A stretch of 64,000 nt of DNA, from positions 42,532,001 through 42,596,000 of the forward strand of contig OZ249437.1 of assembly GCA_965235115.1 (NCBI GenBank), given 5' to 3'. Numbering within the stretch: position 1 is the first letter of the stretch; every line of letters begins with the position of its first letter. A program made the position numbers and the translations under genes. The notes below the pieces were generated by a model. It searched no databases, was not told the DNA's origin, and was given only the letters and a program-made list of their open reading frames with translations. The DNA is from Laetmonice hystrix. Its lineage: Eukaryota. Shown in pieces: positions 22,958-37,665 of the stretch.

Positions 22958-25900
22958 CGTGAGTCTGTTCATGTATTCTATCTTTTTTTAAAGGTCACAC
23001 TTATTTAGGGACCAAGGATTAATGTGGAAAACACACCGGAAAACAAAAACCACAGGTTTCTGGACACCATTATACGTGCGTAAATAACCGGGCGTCTTAG
23101 TTTTGTAATCTGTTGTCCAGCAGAGTTTATGGGCCCTTGGCCATGATAACAATTGGCAAGCTTTCAGTCTGTACCGAATAGATGGGCTGGATGGTGGCCT
23201 GCATATAAATTGCAGGTCCAGGTGACTGGATGGGTCAGACGGGGGTTGGTATGCAGGCAGTCCAAGGTTGGGGCGACCTTCCCCTCGCCAATACTGAGGG
23301 AGCGGCACGACGTTAGAAAGCACAGTTTTAATGATTCACGCATTGCGAGCCACACACAACCACCAATACGTGACCACTTTCTCAATGTGATGGGTGCAGG
23401 GTGCATGGTAATATATTGGACAGGAATGTTGGTTCTTTGAACAGGCAACTGAATGGTACCGGTGACTATGTTACATCATTTTCTTGACTCACACAACAAT
23501 GGATGTGAAGGGCCCTCACACAGCAAACCGTACTGCCAGCTTTTCCAGACAGAAGTTTGGATTGCTCTGGCAAAAACCAAGGCCCCATTCTTCACATGTT
23601 TGTTTATTTAGGTCGAGGTCACATGATCAACCATACAATCGTTCTTTGCATCTTACATCCCCTGGCTACCCACTACCCACGCTCCATACTGGGTCTACAT
23701 TTTAAGGTCACAATTGTGGGTCCACAAGGAAAATTCACATATCCCTGGCCACCCCTGGGTGGGTTTAGACGGGGATTCTTCATTCCACCGAACCGTTCGT
23801 CTTGATGATGTATAGACTAATTAGCATATCTAAACTGTCTTTGTTTTTAAAACAAATCATCACACGTAATTAGCTACCATCTACTTGGAACTGTCAGAAC
23901 GTAATTGATTTACATATTGTAACTATCTCCAGGTGTTCGTACCAAAACAATAATTAAAATAAAAATCACATCTTCCCACTATATTACTCCCTGCCCCATC
24001 GAGTCTGTATTTTGACAGTTAAATTACAGTCCTTGTGCCCACTGAGCGTTTCTTCCACACCGAAATGATGATCACTTTCTGTTCGGATAATCAGCGTTGG
24101 GAAACTCGCCAAGGAACAAATAACACCAGGAGAAGGCAATCTTTTAGTGCTAATCCCTTTTTGGTGGACGTTAAAGTCTCGCCAAGCTACGGTAATGACC
24201 GCCACTCGAATCGCATTCATCGTCACCGATAACAGTGGTCGCCAACCAGGATTCTGTCAGATCACAGCCGAGGTGGTGGGAGTTGTTTTCAAGATTTCTC
24301 TCATCGAACCTATATCTCTTGGGTAACTGTCGTTATGTTGGAGGCTACGGCCGCATCATCTGATGTCTGGGCCTTTCTCTGGTACGGATGCTAAGACCGT
24401 CTGAATTCCATATTAAATACCAAAAGGGATCAGGCTGGCCAAAGTCTGCACTCTGCACTAATGAAATGAAGTCGGAGGTGTGAAGTGGATACACTTTGCT
24501 TTCCTACTGGTATTCCACCCCGTACTGCCGTGTGTTTGGTGGAGAATCTAGAGGGGCGGGGCTGGGGTGCCCAGCTTCACCCCAAACGGGGCGTCCAATT
24601 AGGACAGTTGGCAAGGCCGGGGCGAGCAGAAATGGCCAAACCCTGTTCGATCACCTGCGAGGCCAATGACCAGCACCCACTCGGCCATCGCCAAATTTGA
24701 TCAGTTCTCAAAGCCTTCATCAATCTTACTGATGAGCGCTGAAGCCGATGGCTGCCAGAATGGCTGGCCTCCGGAATGCAGCTCAACATGCGGTGAATAC
24801 TACAGGTCTGATACCCCCGGCCCATCGCAACAACACCCTACCGTACCCCTTGCAGACCAATGGTAGCCTGCTGGTGCAGGTAAAGTGTTCGGTGCGGGCT
24901 GGGATGGTTTTATCTGAGATGTTGTGTGACGGGCGGCGCCGGTAAGGACATCTGACATGTATCGGCGACCAGTAACGTGGTTAGAGGTCCCAGGGATGTC
25001 ACTGTGGCTCCAGTGGCTGGGCCGACCTTTGGTCACCCTCATGGTATTTGTATGGACACACTCTGCACTGATGGTGACAGCTCAGGCAACGGATCCCCTT
25101 ACTAGTGGCCCCGGGTTTACGGCCGGCCGCTGTCTGTGGTGATGGCCCTCTGACACGATTCTCTATCAGTGATCAAACACACAGTCACTACTCAATGACA
25201 ACTCCAGTCAACCGTACACTCACCTCTCCCAACAAACCAACCTCACTACCCGCCAACTTCTCTCTAGATAACAATCAAATCTCTGCAACTTCTAACTCAT
25301 CGATCAACATTCTCAAACAGATCGGGTCGTGCTACAGCTCCGCTGGACGGGCTAAGGAGCCTACAGAAATCCCGTATTGTGCTCAGTTGGAAGTTCCGGA
25401 GAGGGCAGAGTGGACAGTGGGGGATGGATGGGGAGTGATGTGTTCAGTCAGGCGTTCACAATGGGGTGGGGACGGTACAGCTGGACGAGCCCCCCCCCCC
25501 CCCCCCCCCCCCGGCCCGGGAGTCTGGGAGGACGGGGGGGAGGCCTGCAGCTGGCCTGATCACAGCTCCCACACAGCGACCCTATACGTATACCGTCTAC
25601 TCCATCACTGTCGTCCCCCTTCAACACAATCTGCTGCCTGCTACACTGGGCCAACCTCTCCATCATCACCAGGCCCCTACCTACATACCATCAGATACAC
25701 AGATACAATCATTGGGCCTGAACCCCAGAGCTGGCAGGTTGAGCAATACCAACCATTGTTAATGAAAACCGATGATGGTCTTCTTGACCTTCTACAGCTC
25801 CTTCAGACAGGCCGAGCAATTATTAAACAGGACATACGTCAGGAGCTAGCCTTGGATGTTCCCCTTATTGTCTCTCTGTCAGTAATATAAGCCATCAACA

Positions 25901-27181
25901 AAAACCTGCAAATGTCGGTACATGCTCTGTTTCTTAATCCAACCCTCCTTTTTTCGGGTTTCTTTTCGACAACCACAAGTTGTTTCTAAAGGTCAAAGGT
26001 ATGAAGTGTTGCTCAGAGATCCGCTTCATTTTGTATGGGCTATGGGTCATTTGGTGCTCAGCGAGCATGGCCGTGTTGAGAGCCCGTCGATTTCACCAAA
26101 AAGGTTACCATGCATGTAAAACCTGGAGCGTAGATCCGTCACAATATTTGCCGTTCTCGGAGTCTCTGGGTTCGCTCAGTGCTCATGTGTGTGTGGTTTT
26201 TTAATATTTTAGAAGGCAGTCTCGATCCAGGCAGGTTCTGATGCCTTTTTAGCACTAGATTCGTGCCATACGAGTACTGGTAGAACCATATCCTTCGGTT
26301 GTGCCACCATGAGGGTCAACCAACGGTAATGGGTGCTCTCAGGCTCGGGCTAAAGTTCTTCTTCAGCAAACCTGCACACACCAAAATAATAGCATACTCA
26401 ACCAAACTGAAGAGGTTGTATGGTACGTGGTTCTGGCACGTTTATTGCTCCCTCCCCCTCTCTCTGCTGAATTTATATGATGTCGTTATTGACAATTTGA
26501 TCATCTCTGTATAAATAAATCAAAAGCTGTTATTTCAAACAGCTTTCTGTCGGCAATGAAACAGTGGTGTGACACTGTCAGGTTTGACGTGTCTCAAACA
26601 TGCAGGTGAGTGAACTCTACACTCTACTGCGTCCGATCTTTGCTTTATATGGCTTTGAGTGACCCATACACCACACGCACACCCCAACATAAACATACAC
26701 TCACACCCCACCTCACACTCACACACCACTTGGAACTGCTGTGTGAGAGCGGCCTGGACAGGCAAGTATTGATTCTCTCCACACACATGGAGAGACACGA
26801 GTTCTGTAGGTCTCTCTACCTCTCTCCGTTCTCGCTATGACCCTGGCGAGCGTGCGGGTCTCAGCCTTGCTGCCATGCATCACTTCTGTCTTGCTCTAGT
26901 TCCTTTGTTCTGAACGGGAATTTGCTGATGTCGGAACCCCGCATCTGCCGTGGAACCCATGGGAAGTTTTTGAGGGTTTCTCTGCATGCAATATTGACAT
27001 GATCCCACTTTCTTCTCGGGAGACTTACGACAGACGATCCTTCATCCTTTACTAGTTATCACTAGTCTTTTTATTCTGCTGACAGGCTGCCTCACTTCTC
27101 TTCACAAACAAAGGTTACCTAGATCATCGCTCAAAGTAAAAACAACAATTATCTGCAGCATCCTGTATATATATACATTAT

Positions 27182-27568
27182 GTACATGACTGGGGAGGAC
27201 TGGGTCCCTCTGCCCCGATGGCACTCCACGGTAGGTGGGGTGACGACCCTTACAGAACGTAAATGACTGGGGAGGACTGGGTCCCTCTGCCCCGATGGGA
27301 CTCCACGGTAGGTGGGGTGACGACCCTTACAGAACGTACATGACTGGGAAGGACTGGGTCCCTCTGCCCCGATGGGACCCCACGGTAGGTGGGGTGACGA
27401 CCCTTACAGAACGTACATGACTGGGGAGGACTGGGTCCCTCTGCCCCGATGGCACTCCACGGTAGGTGGGGTGACGACCCTTACAGAACGTACATGACTG
27501 GGGAGGACTGGGTCCCTCTGCCCCGATGGCACTCCACGGTAGGTGGGGTGACGACCCTTACAGAACGT
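27182..27568. repeat. Minisatellite, 77-bp unit x5
   Basis: gtacatgactggggaggactgggtccctctgccccgatgg...cttacagaac starts at 27182, 27259 and onward. Confidence 0.96.
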
Positions 27569-28651
27569 GACAACCTGAATAATTTGTCGGTGCCGACTTA
27601 AAACAGAGTCCTCCTTGGGAAGCCTTTACCAGGCCAACTGAGGGCACCTGACCCTACGGCCGCCACCAGTTACAGAACCGTATCAGTAAGTCTGGGGCCG
27701 CCGCTAGCGCCGGGAACGCCCCCTGGTGATGGATTGAGGGCGAGGACAGTCTCAGCTTCCACCTAGACACAAGCTGACATCGTCTGTTGAGAATAATTAC
27801 TATATATTAACGACGAGAAATCGTTACCAAACAACCCACCTGTTTTCCTTTTTTTCACCACTCCAGGTAAACACATACGCACACTAACCAAGATACTGGC
27901 CCGTTTCCCCCGTCACCAGTTCACAAACCATCACTTCAACGAACCAAATCATCCAAGACTTGACATTAATCTACACATTACAACACGGTCGATTTGGAAG
28001 GAAAATGGGACAGGGGGCTTATTGTGGCACGGTGTCGATTCCTGAGCTATGTTTGTCCTACCGGCCTCCTTGACAGCTGGTATTTTCCCATGCAAGACGT
28101 AATGCATCGATTCTCCGCTGGCTTCTGACGACGGTCGTAGGACCTATACACCCAACTAAAACTCTAATGCCCATATTTCACACCTTTTTACGGCATTGAT
28201 ACGTAATGCCTATTAATATTAAAGCAAAAATCACAATTTACTAATAAGACCTCGAATACTCGGTAATATAACTTCCAAAAGAAAAAGTGAGTATACATCC
28301 CATAAGTTCGTAAGTCTCTCAGTGAATATCTCCGGCTTAAAGACATGTCGTTCTATCGTATTGCAATTGCCCGCCAAGTGTTAGAGTGAAATACAAGACT
28401 TGCCAATCTGATTTGCACCGGTATATGGACACAAAAGATACACTGGTGATTCAGTAAGTCATGTTCATTTCAAGACAATGGGAGGGCTTGAGGCAGTACC
28501 TGCTATTGAAGGCCTAATCTAGTGCACGCCTACATTTCGTACAATGGTATAGCCAGCAGTGATTTTGAACAATTCTAAAGGTTAGCACATGAATTTCTTG
28601 GATTTCATCAGAGCAGCTATACGCTGCAGAAGAGACGCCTCGGAAATGTTT

Positions 28652-28823
28652 CACCTTCTATTGTGTAAAGTATTCACAACGTTTTGATGTCAACACCTTC
28701 TATTGTGTAGAGTATTCACAACGTTTTGATCTCAACACCTTCTATTGTGTCCAGTATTCACAACGTTTTGATCTCAACACCTTCTATTGTGTAAAGTATT
28801 GGCAACGTTTTGATCTCAACACT
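28652..28823. repeat. Minisatellite, 42-bp unit x4
   Basis: caccttctattgtgtaaagtattcacaacgttttgat(g/c)tcaa repeated. Confidence 0.94.
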
Positions 28824-29489
28824 TCAGCTTTATGAAATTACCATTGAGTCAATGCCTTCCGGTAATAAACTATACGTAGACTCATGGTCACGTGGTAAGG
28901 ACATTATCAGAGGGCATCACGTCTGCAGACTGAGTTCGAGGGCACCATGGCCTGCCCAGTGACAGACCCACCGGTCAACTATCACCCAGTGTCACCAAGG
29001 ACACTTGTAACTGGAGGATGGCTGGAGATAAGGTGGATGATGGTGGGGCTGGCCTTCCCTGCACGAGGATAGTCAGAGCAGTCTCAAACTTCCTCCGTAC
29101 TTATCTCACTGCCGTCCCAAAGGTCTAACGCAATTAAAGAAACTGTACCTTTAATCAATAGTGCCACTATGTCAGGACGGCGGAACCGGGCACAAGGCCA
29201 GAAGAACTGGGCGAGGGTTCCCCGTCTGAGTCCTAACGACATAACTGTGGTTTGGCTCACGGCCAGGACACAAGAAAGGGCCCTTTCGGAATTCATCAAG
29301 AGTCAATGAAAGAGAAATGACGTAAAAGAATGACTGTCATGACAAAGGACGAGATACGTGCATCCTGCCTCCTCCCTCCCCGCTCCCGTGCCATATCCTC
29401 CCGAGTATGAATCCACCTGATACACAACTGGCTACATGTGTGTGCGTACGTGTGTGCATACACAGTGGGTCTTCTTCACAGGGCTTCGA

Positions 29490-29600
29490 TTGCTGGCACG
29501 GTGGCGCCATCGTGCGGGCTGTGCCAACATGAAAGTCTCTCTCACTCTCTGGCCCACCCTACGCTGTCAGTCCAGTCCTGCTACTCGCCAACTCTTCACT
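29490..29600 (+). mobile_element. Possible decayed C-terminal zinc knuckle of an L1/Tx1-type ORF2
   Basis: APSCGLCQHESLSHSLAHP resembles the CxxC..ESxxH motif of L1/Tx1 ORF2. Short and isolated. Confidence 0.25.
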
Positions 29601-32600
29601 TGACTTCCCGGCATTTATTTGACAATTACACCTGGGCCTGGCTGTAATGTCCACCTTGAAAAAGGAGGTTAGCGTACCGGTTGGATTGAATCCCCGCGGT
29701 GAGATGGCGACCAGTACAAGATTCCCGGAGGATCTGAAGGCTGTCAGTCTGGGGAACACTTTCAGACAGCTGTGGGGCCTGGGGGAGGTGGGTGGGAGTA
29801 ATCATGCTGATCTGAGCCTGGTGTCTCCTCTCACCGCCTCACTGATATCCCTGATAACCCGACCACTACCTGACTGCCATCCTCCCTGTATCAGGCGCGG
29901 CCATCTTACCTCCTAATCTACCAGCCACCACAGACCAGCCGCCGTGCCTACCAATCCCTGGTGGCAGACGCACGAACTACAGACCCACGTGATCATCAAG
30001 GTTCTGTCCGCCATGACATCACGACGGCGCCCACCTTCTAGTTCACGGCATAGTCATTCTATAAACGGACTATAAGATCCCTCTGAAACAGTTTCACTTC
30101 CAGTCGGAGAACAATTTTAACCTGTTTAGCGGGTCCGTGCAGGGCCTCCCCTTGCCTTACTCGTACACTGTCATTCTAACAAATACACACAAAATAAACA
30201 TCATCAACTATGAATTCTGAGAGCATTTTAACGTCATTAGGCCATAACGTTCCGTGATGATCTACTCTAGGTTTCTATTTCCCCGCAGCAAAACACATTT
30301 TTATCATCATCATTATTATATCTGAGGCTAGAAAAACAAGATCACTTAATAACAATATGTTGTTTGATGGGTTTTTTTCTCCGGCCATCTTTTCCCCCTC
30401 ACCACGACTAAATAAGAGTAGCCTAAATGCGACTGTTGTCCTAATAACCCATAGACCTCCTGTGTAAAGACAGATCTGTCAGCTCCAACATAAGTAGATC
30501 ATTAAGACCGTATGCCTTTCACCCAAGTCGACGGATGTAGTGTGACATTCACTGTTCCCTGCCTTGTCATCTGCCACTGGAATCCACTTTCCTATGACAT
30601 AATTTGCAGAATGTGGACGGTGAGAGAGGTAGACTGTATTGGTGGTTTGTTTGTTACACTGTAGCAGTCATGATGCTGGTTGAAGCTGGCCTCATCATGA
30701 GTTCAGCGGTCAGCGTCTGCAGCTGACAGCTCACTCGTACCATCCGACCCCGGTAATAACGGCTCATTCCATTGGTCAGAGTTACAGATGCTGGTTGGCT
30801 GGCCTTGAGCGATGGACAGGTCAGAGGGCTGTACGGTCAAACGGTCTAAAGATAAGATGACGACAAACTAACCACAGTATTGACCCGACCAGACCTATCG
30901 TCTGGCTGGAGGGAAGCCACATTCTCTTTCAAGGAAGCCACTTTCATTAGACAGATTCTCTATAGAGCTCCCAGAAAGCTGGACGGCTCTAGCATACATG
31001 TACCTTTGCATTTTTAAAATAACATGACTTTAAAAACAAACTCTGTTGAAAATAGATTCGAGGTCTATGCATAATGTGACATCCAAATTCTGAACCTCTG
31101 GTTGATCATATATCATTTCACAATGGATAATCCGAGTACTGTTTCTTCAATTACAGCAGAGGCAATACACAGGATTACAGCAGAGACGTCACACAGAATT
31201 ACACCAGAGATAACACACAGAAATCCTAGTACCCTCTTGGGTGTTTTCAGTAAGTCCATACGGATTGCGTGATCAAAGACGTTCCATTCTTAGGTCTCGG
31301 CAAACAATGCGAGCTGCATTTCTTACAAAATCGTAACCCGATCAGGAACTGAAACGGGTTTGTGATCTTGTGTAAAGAACTTTCATGACAGTGGTTGACT
31401 AGCGTTTATTTAGGATGTTCGTTTCCCGGTTAATACTAGTAGCAAATAGTCCTATGTATTTCTTGACTTTGTCCTTTAACGAGTCAATGATGTCCTTACA
31501 AACAGTCGTAACACCTTTCTTGATTGACTTTTATTTGTCGTAAAGTCGTTAGGTGTACAGAATGAAGACTTGTATCTGATTCAGGACTACAACAATGGTC
31601 GGTATTCACTTCTCATAGAAATTCTATCCCTTATCACACTGGCACTGTCAATCAGACAAATAATGAAAAAAATAATATAATAGAAATCTGAACAATCAAA
31701 GTGAATGAACTAAGGCCCCCTGCCCACTTACATGGAAATGTTTTTTGGTTCATTGATTCAAGGGTAACGTGGAAACGAAACCAGATGAATAACCCATCAA
31801 GAGGCAACTCGTTGGTGTTATTGGGCACAGTGGAGTCGATTCGAGTGGTAGTTTCAGCTCGCTCCGAGGGGTTGTAACTTGGGAGAATATCAATTTAACG
31901 TTTCTGTGCGGTCTCCGATTCTCAACCAAGCTTCTCTTAGACACACAGCCACTGCCAACCGTTACTCGATTATCTCCTATCACCGCCCACAGATCCTAAT
32001 CTATTCGGAGGGAATCCAGAGGATTTATCTTCACATGAATATCACCATTGAACAGCGCTAATCACATTTGCTACACTACCTGAATGTTGTTTATGTATGG
32101 GAACAAAAACTTTAGTGGACCCAAGGTTGGAATTAACAGTTGAATACTCTACGTCCTCCAAGCGCCGTTCGACCAAATTGGGTTTACATTTTCATAACGT
32201 TGTTAGCAGCAGAGGAATGGTACCAGAGGACCAAGTTTGGCTCCACTATGGTTCCATTTGTGGCACTGGGGGCCTACAACTTTCAACCGTACCTCTAGGT
32301 GTACGTTTATGGTGTCGGATTTCTTCCTGTTGTGAGTTTTGAGCTGCAAGCCGGCCATGTTGACTTCCAACCTTGAACCCATTTCCAACCAATATACCCA
32401 GGAGACCGTGAATGGTAATGGGTTTTAATCTTAATTAAATGAGGGACCACATGAGTGTAAGGACTAACCAACTGGTCAAACACAACGTAACTTGAGAACA
32501 AACCCACCAGTAAAATAAAGGGAGCTATATATAGAGCAGGTTGGTTAATCCAACGAGTATAGATATACTCGTTGGTTAATCTCACCCCCATCACCCCCCA

Positions 32601-33741
32601 GAAAACCTGACTTCATTGGAGATTTAATTTTGAACCAATCTATACAAGGACAATGTTCATCGGTAGACTTTTTCTCAGAATTCTTTCCTTGAAGTTGCCT
32701 TTGAAATATGAATTCTCGACGAATAGACATAAGTTATTTCAACAAAGATCATTGCACTGATGTAGATATAAGCGGCGATCGTTTCCCTGCGGCCAGTCTG
32801 ACATTAAAAATGGATGGCAGAAAGTATGTGATAACTTGATCAGTGAACTGGCATCACCTAGCAATCCACAATCAAGTCGAGTAGTTCGTGACATATATGT
32901 CAGTCACAAATTGCTGATTCAAACACTCCCATTACCAACCCAGCCCATTTGGTCATGTCCAAAAATGGGATGGCTCACTGTGGCAGGCCGAGGATCAGTC
33001 ATCTCATCAACGGTTCATGCTTGGCTGTCAGACTGCGGCCAATCAGAACGTATTGTCCGCAATAAATGCCAATCAGCGAATATTTCCTGATGCGGTCCCT
33101 TTTGAGTTGGGTGTAGCAGTCCTGACCGCAGTACCCATAATGTGGTCATTTCCTATGGCTGCCTTTCCGTGCTCCGTTCTGTCGGAAGTAAACCAGGCAT
33201 GGTGGCTGCCCAGCCCTTGCTTATACCGCCAAATCCCTCGACCGACACATAAATCATCCACTCCATTTCCTACGCAACTTTGTTGACCTGGTAAATGGGT
33301 CTGTGCGCCGGGTGCAGCTCCCCTTGGTAGCTGGCGGGCGCTGCAATCGTTCACAACACCTCTGAAGCAGGGAAGACAAATGCTGGGCGCCCTACGTGAA
33401 ACATGCCAGCCACCAGGAAACGGGTTGGTGGACCGTGGAGGTGGACCGCTGGACCTGCATCAGTGGCCACTTGTGTGGTCACTTGGGTGCATGCCAATGG
33501 TCAGCATGAGAAGAACGACGGACGGTGGGTCGTCATAAAGTAGAGGTTTACACACCACCCTTGTCTCTCTAGGTCCATAACACCCGGCGAAACCGTGGCA
33601 AAACGCTTGCTGTGTCCCACTCGCGGGTCAATTCCTATTTCTTGTTATCACTTGGGCTCAAGTCAATTCAAGCACACCTTTCGTATTGCAAGAGTCAGAG
33701 TAAACGAGGTGGCGGGGAAAAAACATTCGCATTTTGCGCTC

Positions 33742-33953
33742 GAGTTACCCAACATGTTTGAAGTGTTACCCAACATGTTTGAAGTGTTACCCAACATGTT
33801 TGAAGTGTTACCCAACATGTTTGAAGTGTTACCCAACATGTTTGAAGTGTTACCCAACATGTTTGAAGTGTTACCCAACATGTTTGAAGTGTTACCCAAC
33901 ATGTTTGAAGTGTTACCCAACATGTTTGAAGTGTTATCCAACATGTTTGAAGT
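33742..33953. repeat. Minisatellite, 21-bp unit x about 10
   Basis: gttacccaacatgtttgaagt repeated; explains ORFs 33595-34144. Confidence 0.96.
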
Positions 33954-36900
33954 GTCGCCTTGAATATTGCTGCAGATTGCAATTCCAACTCGTGGCTACA
34001 CCTCGGTGTAATTGTTTCCTAGTAACTGCCCCATACCCGGGCCCCCTTGGCGTCGTGACCCTGGCGGCTGACACCATAACCAAGGGTAACTCGTCCTCTG
34101 TCTCCATCCCAGGTCGAGAGTTAATCCTACAGCCAGCCACCTAACGACCCACCAGGGAGGACCCCTGCCCGAGACCCTGGCCTCCGCCCCTTTTGTCCAC
34201 CGTCCCTCCCCCCGGCAAACCTTTCCCTTTCAATGGCCAGCTCAGACCATAACCCAGCGTCTCAAACACCCGACAACAATCGACGTCTTTCATAGAGCCC
34301 GGATGGGCAATGATTGCTTCTTCCCAATGCTTAATGCCCAGCACGGCACCGTCGTCAATGATCACTTATCATTACAGTCTCACTCCATATACAGGCCTCA
34401 AGCCGTCTTGGGTCGGCCCAAAGATTGATACTCCCACATTAGCAGGTGATTCCCATGCAGCGGGAAAGCTGGTATTAAACCTCAGTATAGCTAGTTACAC
34501 GTGGTATTGGTCCATGCTGAATGCTGGAGCTCTTGGCGACACTAATGGAACCTTCTTCTTCAGGAGGTCCGCGGCACAGGAGGTCAAAAGCCCCTTCATC
34601 CAAGCAATGCGGCCAGTGAAGAGCATGGCGCCTGGCCTTAACCCCTTCCGTCAATAGGTTACCCGGCTTTCATCCTTGGCCGAGGTGCCTCCTTCAAGTT
34701 GCCTCAATTGCAGCATTTCAACTTGGACAATTGAGTCATTATTCATGAAGCTTGCTTGACTGACAACCTTCACTGTAGTCATTCCTCAAGAGATTTTTTC
34801 TGTGAAATACAAACTGGACAAGTAGACCCGACTCTGTGGTCTACATGACACCAAAGACCTTATTCAAATGGAATTATGACCCCCAGAGGCCGTCTTTGCC
34901 TGGAAATAAGCATCTAAATTTCAATCACTGTGGCTGGGGCCCTCTGATTGGTGTCTATTCAGCTCCACATGAGATCATCCTTGGACTTTTTCAACGGTTA
35001 ATTCACGTTCTTAGCATTCCATGCGATCCCGGAACGCTGAAATACCACATGGGATCGACCCATCTGGTGGACTTTATACCCAGAACCAATACTCATTTAA
35101 AGGCACTTGTGTAGATAATGAACTTTACTTCGACAATCGTTACACAAGTTATTCTGTCCAGAAATTATCCTTTTACCCAAAAGGCGCTATTGATAAATAT
35201 GTATTCCTGTGGTACCTGCTCTCTGTACTCAGTGACCTACAAGCGGTTTGATCGAGTGTGATTACCAAAGGCTGACGCAATGAAAGACTGCCTTGGATGG
35301 GCCAGCTTTGTTCACCCGTCCAGCCACTAACCGCTGCAGTACCTGCTACACCAAACTCACTCCATCCCTTTCTGTCTTCTACTGTCCTCCAACGAATGGT
35401 CGCCTCCAAATCAATCCCGATACAATCGTATTGACAGAGACGGCTGTCAATACGGGCTCGTGCCGTCCGAGCCATTCAGTCCCAAGCCGCTGCCAGTCAG
35501 GCTGGCTGGCCTGGCAGGCCGGGCAGGGCCTCGGCACAGGGAGTCATGCAAGAGGATCACAACCATCTTCTCAGCACCACAGAAGGTCATCGGCAATCCA
35601 GGGGACGCTAATATGTGCCTGACCTCCTGCAATCGGGGCTAGGCCAGGGCCTTCTTCACCTGTGGTCGAGAGAGACAGGGCGCTGTACCTCAACCACACG
35701 AATATATCAGGCTTGGTCACATCCATCCTCTTGCTGCTTCATTATGCAGGCCACAGCGACGTACTGGAGGCCTCCAGGGGCCACCTCCAGCACATTGTCC
35801 TTCATGGGCCCGAGACAGAGACGTTCTGATGGAGCAAGTATAATCATTCACATAGCCGGGAGGCACAGGGCCCTACAGTCTCCACCCAAATCCAATCGGC
35901 ACCCTGTAAATGCAGCAGGGGGACGAACCCCGCTCTGATTAAATAAACTCCCCACTCCCTGCTGTATTATTGCCCGGATAACCCATCAGCCAAACCAGCA
36001 GCTGACCCCCTGACCTTCCGACCGGCACTTAACCCCGGCACCCTCTGTCCTGGTGGCTAACCTCGGACAGACTGCTGTTTAATAGACACTCCCTGCGCAC
36101 TCCAACATAACACCAGCCCAGAAAAACATGTGAACGTCTGACGATGAAAAACTGCCTGTCGTTCTCCCTATACAGGTAATATTGCCTTGTCAGTGCTGAT
36201 TGAAACCAAACCACCTGGAATCACACAATCTCTGACAAGGATTAACAATGGGCACCTTCAACAATATGCCTTCCAACTGGTCAGCTGCGAACTTTAAGTG
36301 TTACAAACTGATCTAGCCTACCATTGTATAACCACTAGAGGTGTGGAACCATGAAAAGCTGGCCCGATGACCGCTGTCCATTTAACCACAGCTGACCCCT
36401 CTATAGGTATGTAGTATACTCGCATTATACGACATACCGACAAACCTGACGGGCTGGCTGGCCTGCGCTCTCCTAAAGTTGGGCGGAATCTTGGCTTGCT
36501 TCCAATCAATACCTCCCAGGATCAGCAGCCCTGACCTCTCCATCATTTGGCAACAACAAGCTCGTAATGTCGACATTATTGGCTTCATTACAATGTCAAC
36601 CATGACATGTCAGTGACCAGCTTTATCATGTAATACTTTTTCTCTCAAGAGTATCCGTAAAATAAAAGATTGGAGGTTTTTTTCTACAGCACACGAGAGC
36701 CAGGTATATTGGAATCAGCAAGGTTACATCCCTTGCTGTGTGGTAACTTTGGTCTTTATTCGATCACCTCTCAATTCGTCAGCTGAATGATAAATCAAAG
36801 GCTGGCTCTGTGCTACCTCTGGGCTGCACTACTCCGCTGTCATTATTCACCTCCTTGCCTCATCTGCCAAGAGTCCATTATAACGAGAGCCTGTCACTCA

Positions 36901-37039
36901 TCGCAGCTGCTAGTTCCTTCAACACATCCACTATTTATGTCAGTAACAACCTGGTACCAAACACAGTCTGAGCATCTCGGAGAATGAAAGCTCCTGTAAA
37001 CTGTCTGGTACATACGAACGTACACCAAATAGATGTACT

Positions 37040-37665
37040 CTAGGGGGCAACTACCCCCCAGCCAACTTCCCTCCAACAATTGCCACCCGAGAAAACTTCC
37101 CCTGGAACAATTGCCCCCTGTACAGGTAGGTAGGAGGTGCTGAGTGCCAGCACAGAAGTCAGGTAGGTAGGAGGTGCTGAGTGCCAGTACAGAAGTCAGG
37201 TAGGTAGGAGGTGCTGAGTGCCAGCACAGAAGTCAGGTAGGTAGGAGGTGCTGAGTGCCAGTACAGAAGTCAGGTAGGTAGGAGGTGCTGAGTGCCAGCA
37301 CAGAAGTCAGGTAGGTAGGAGGTGCTGAGTGCCAGCACAGAAGTCAGGTAGGTAGGAGGTGCTGAGTGCCAGCACAGAAGTCAGGTAGCGCCGAAGCGTT
37401 CTCCCAATAGAGCCCTGGAAGAGGACGTACAATGTCTTTTAAAAAAATTTCTTTACTTTCTCCTTGCAAGGACGTGCGAGTGTGAGTCGGCAGTGGTCTG
37501 CGAGCCAGTTTTCCTGGGGGGCCGAACCCCCAAGGGGGCAGTTGTCCGGGGAGAAGTTGCCTGGGTGGCAGTTATCCTAGTTGGCATTAGTTCTGGGTGG
37601 GAGTTTTCCGGGGGGCAGTGTTGTCTGGGGGAAACTGTCTGGGTAGCAGTTGGCCTGATACCGAT
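37040..37665. mobile_element. Degenerate non-autonomous DNA-element-like unit with inverted about 15-bp sub-repeats, containing a 37-bp minisatellite
   Basis: The left part has repeated caattgcccc/aacttcccc motifs (37040-37120). The right part has their reverse-complement forms gggggcagttgtcc/gggagttttcc (37530-37660). Ends are not resolved. Confidence 0.4.
37123..37387. repeat. Minisatellite, 37-bp unit x7
   Basis: caggtaggtaggaggtgctgagtgccag(c/t)acagaagt repeated. Confidence 0.96.

Noticed and set aside
25105-25890. 261-aa plus-strand ORF
   Set aside because: Low-complexity, spans a poly-C tract, and shows no family motif. At most a decayed transposon remnant.
30159-30173. 15-nt AG/GT-bounded segment
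   Set aside because: Contains an in-frame TGA in phase 1.
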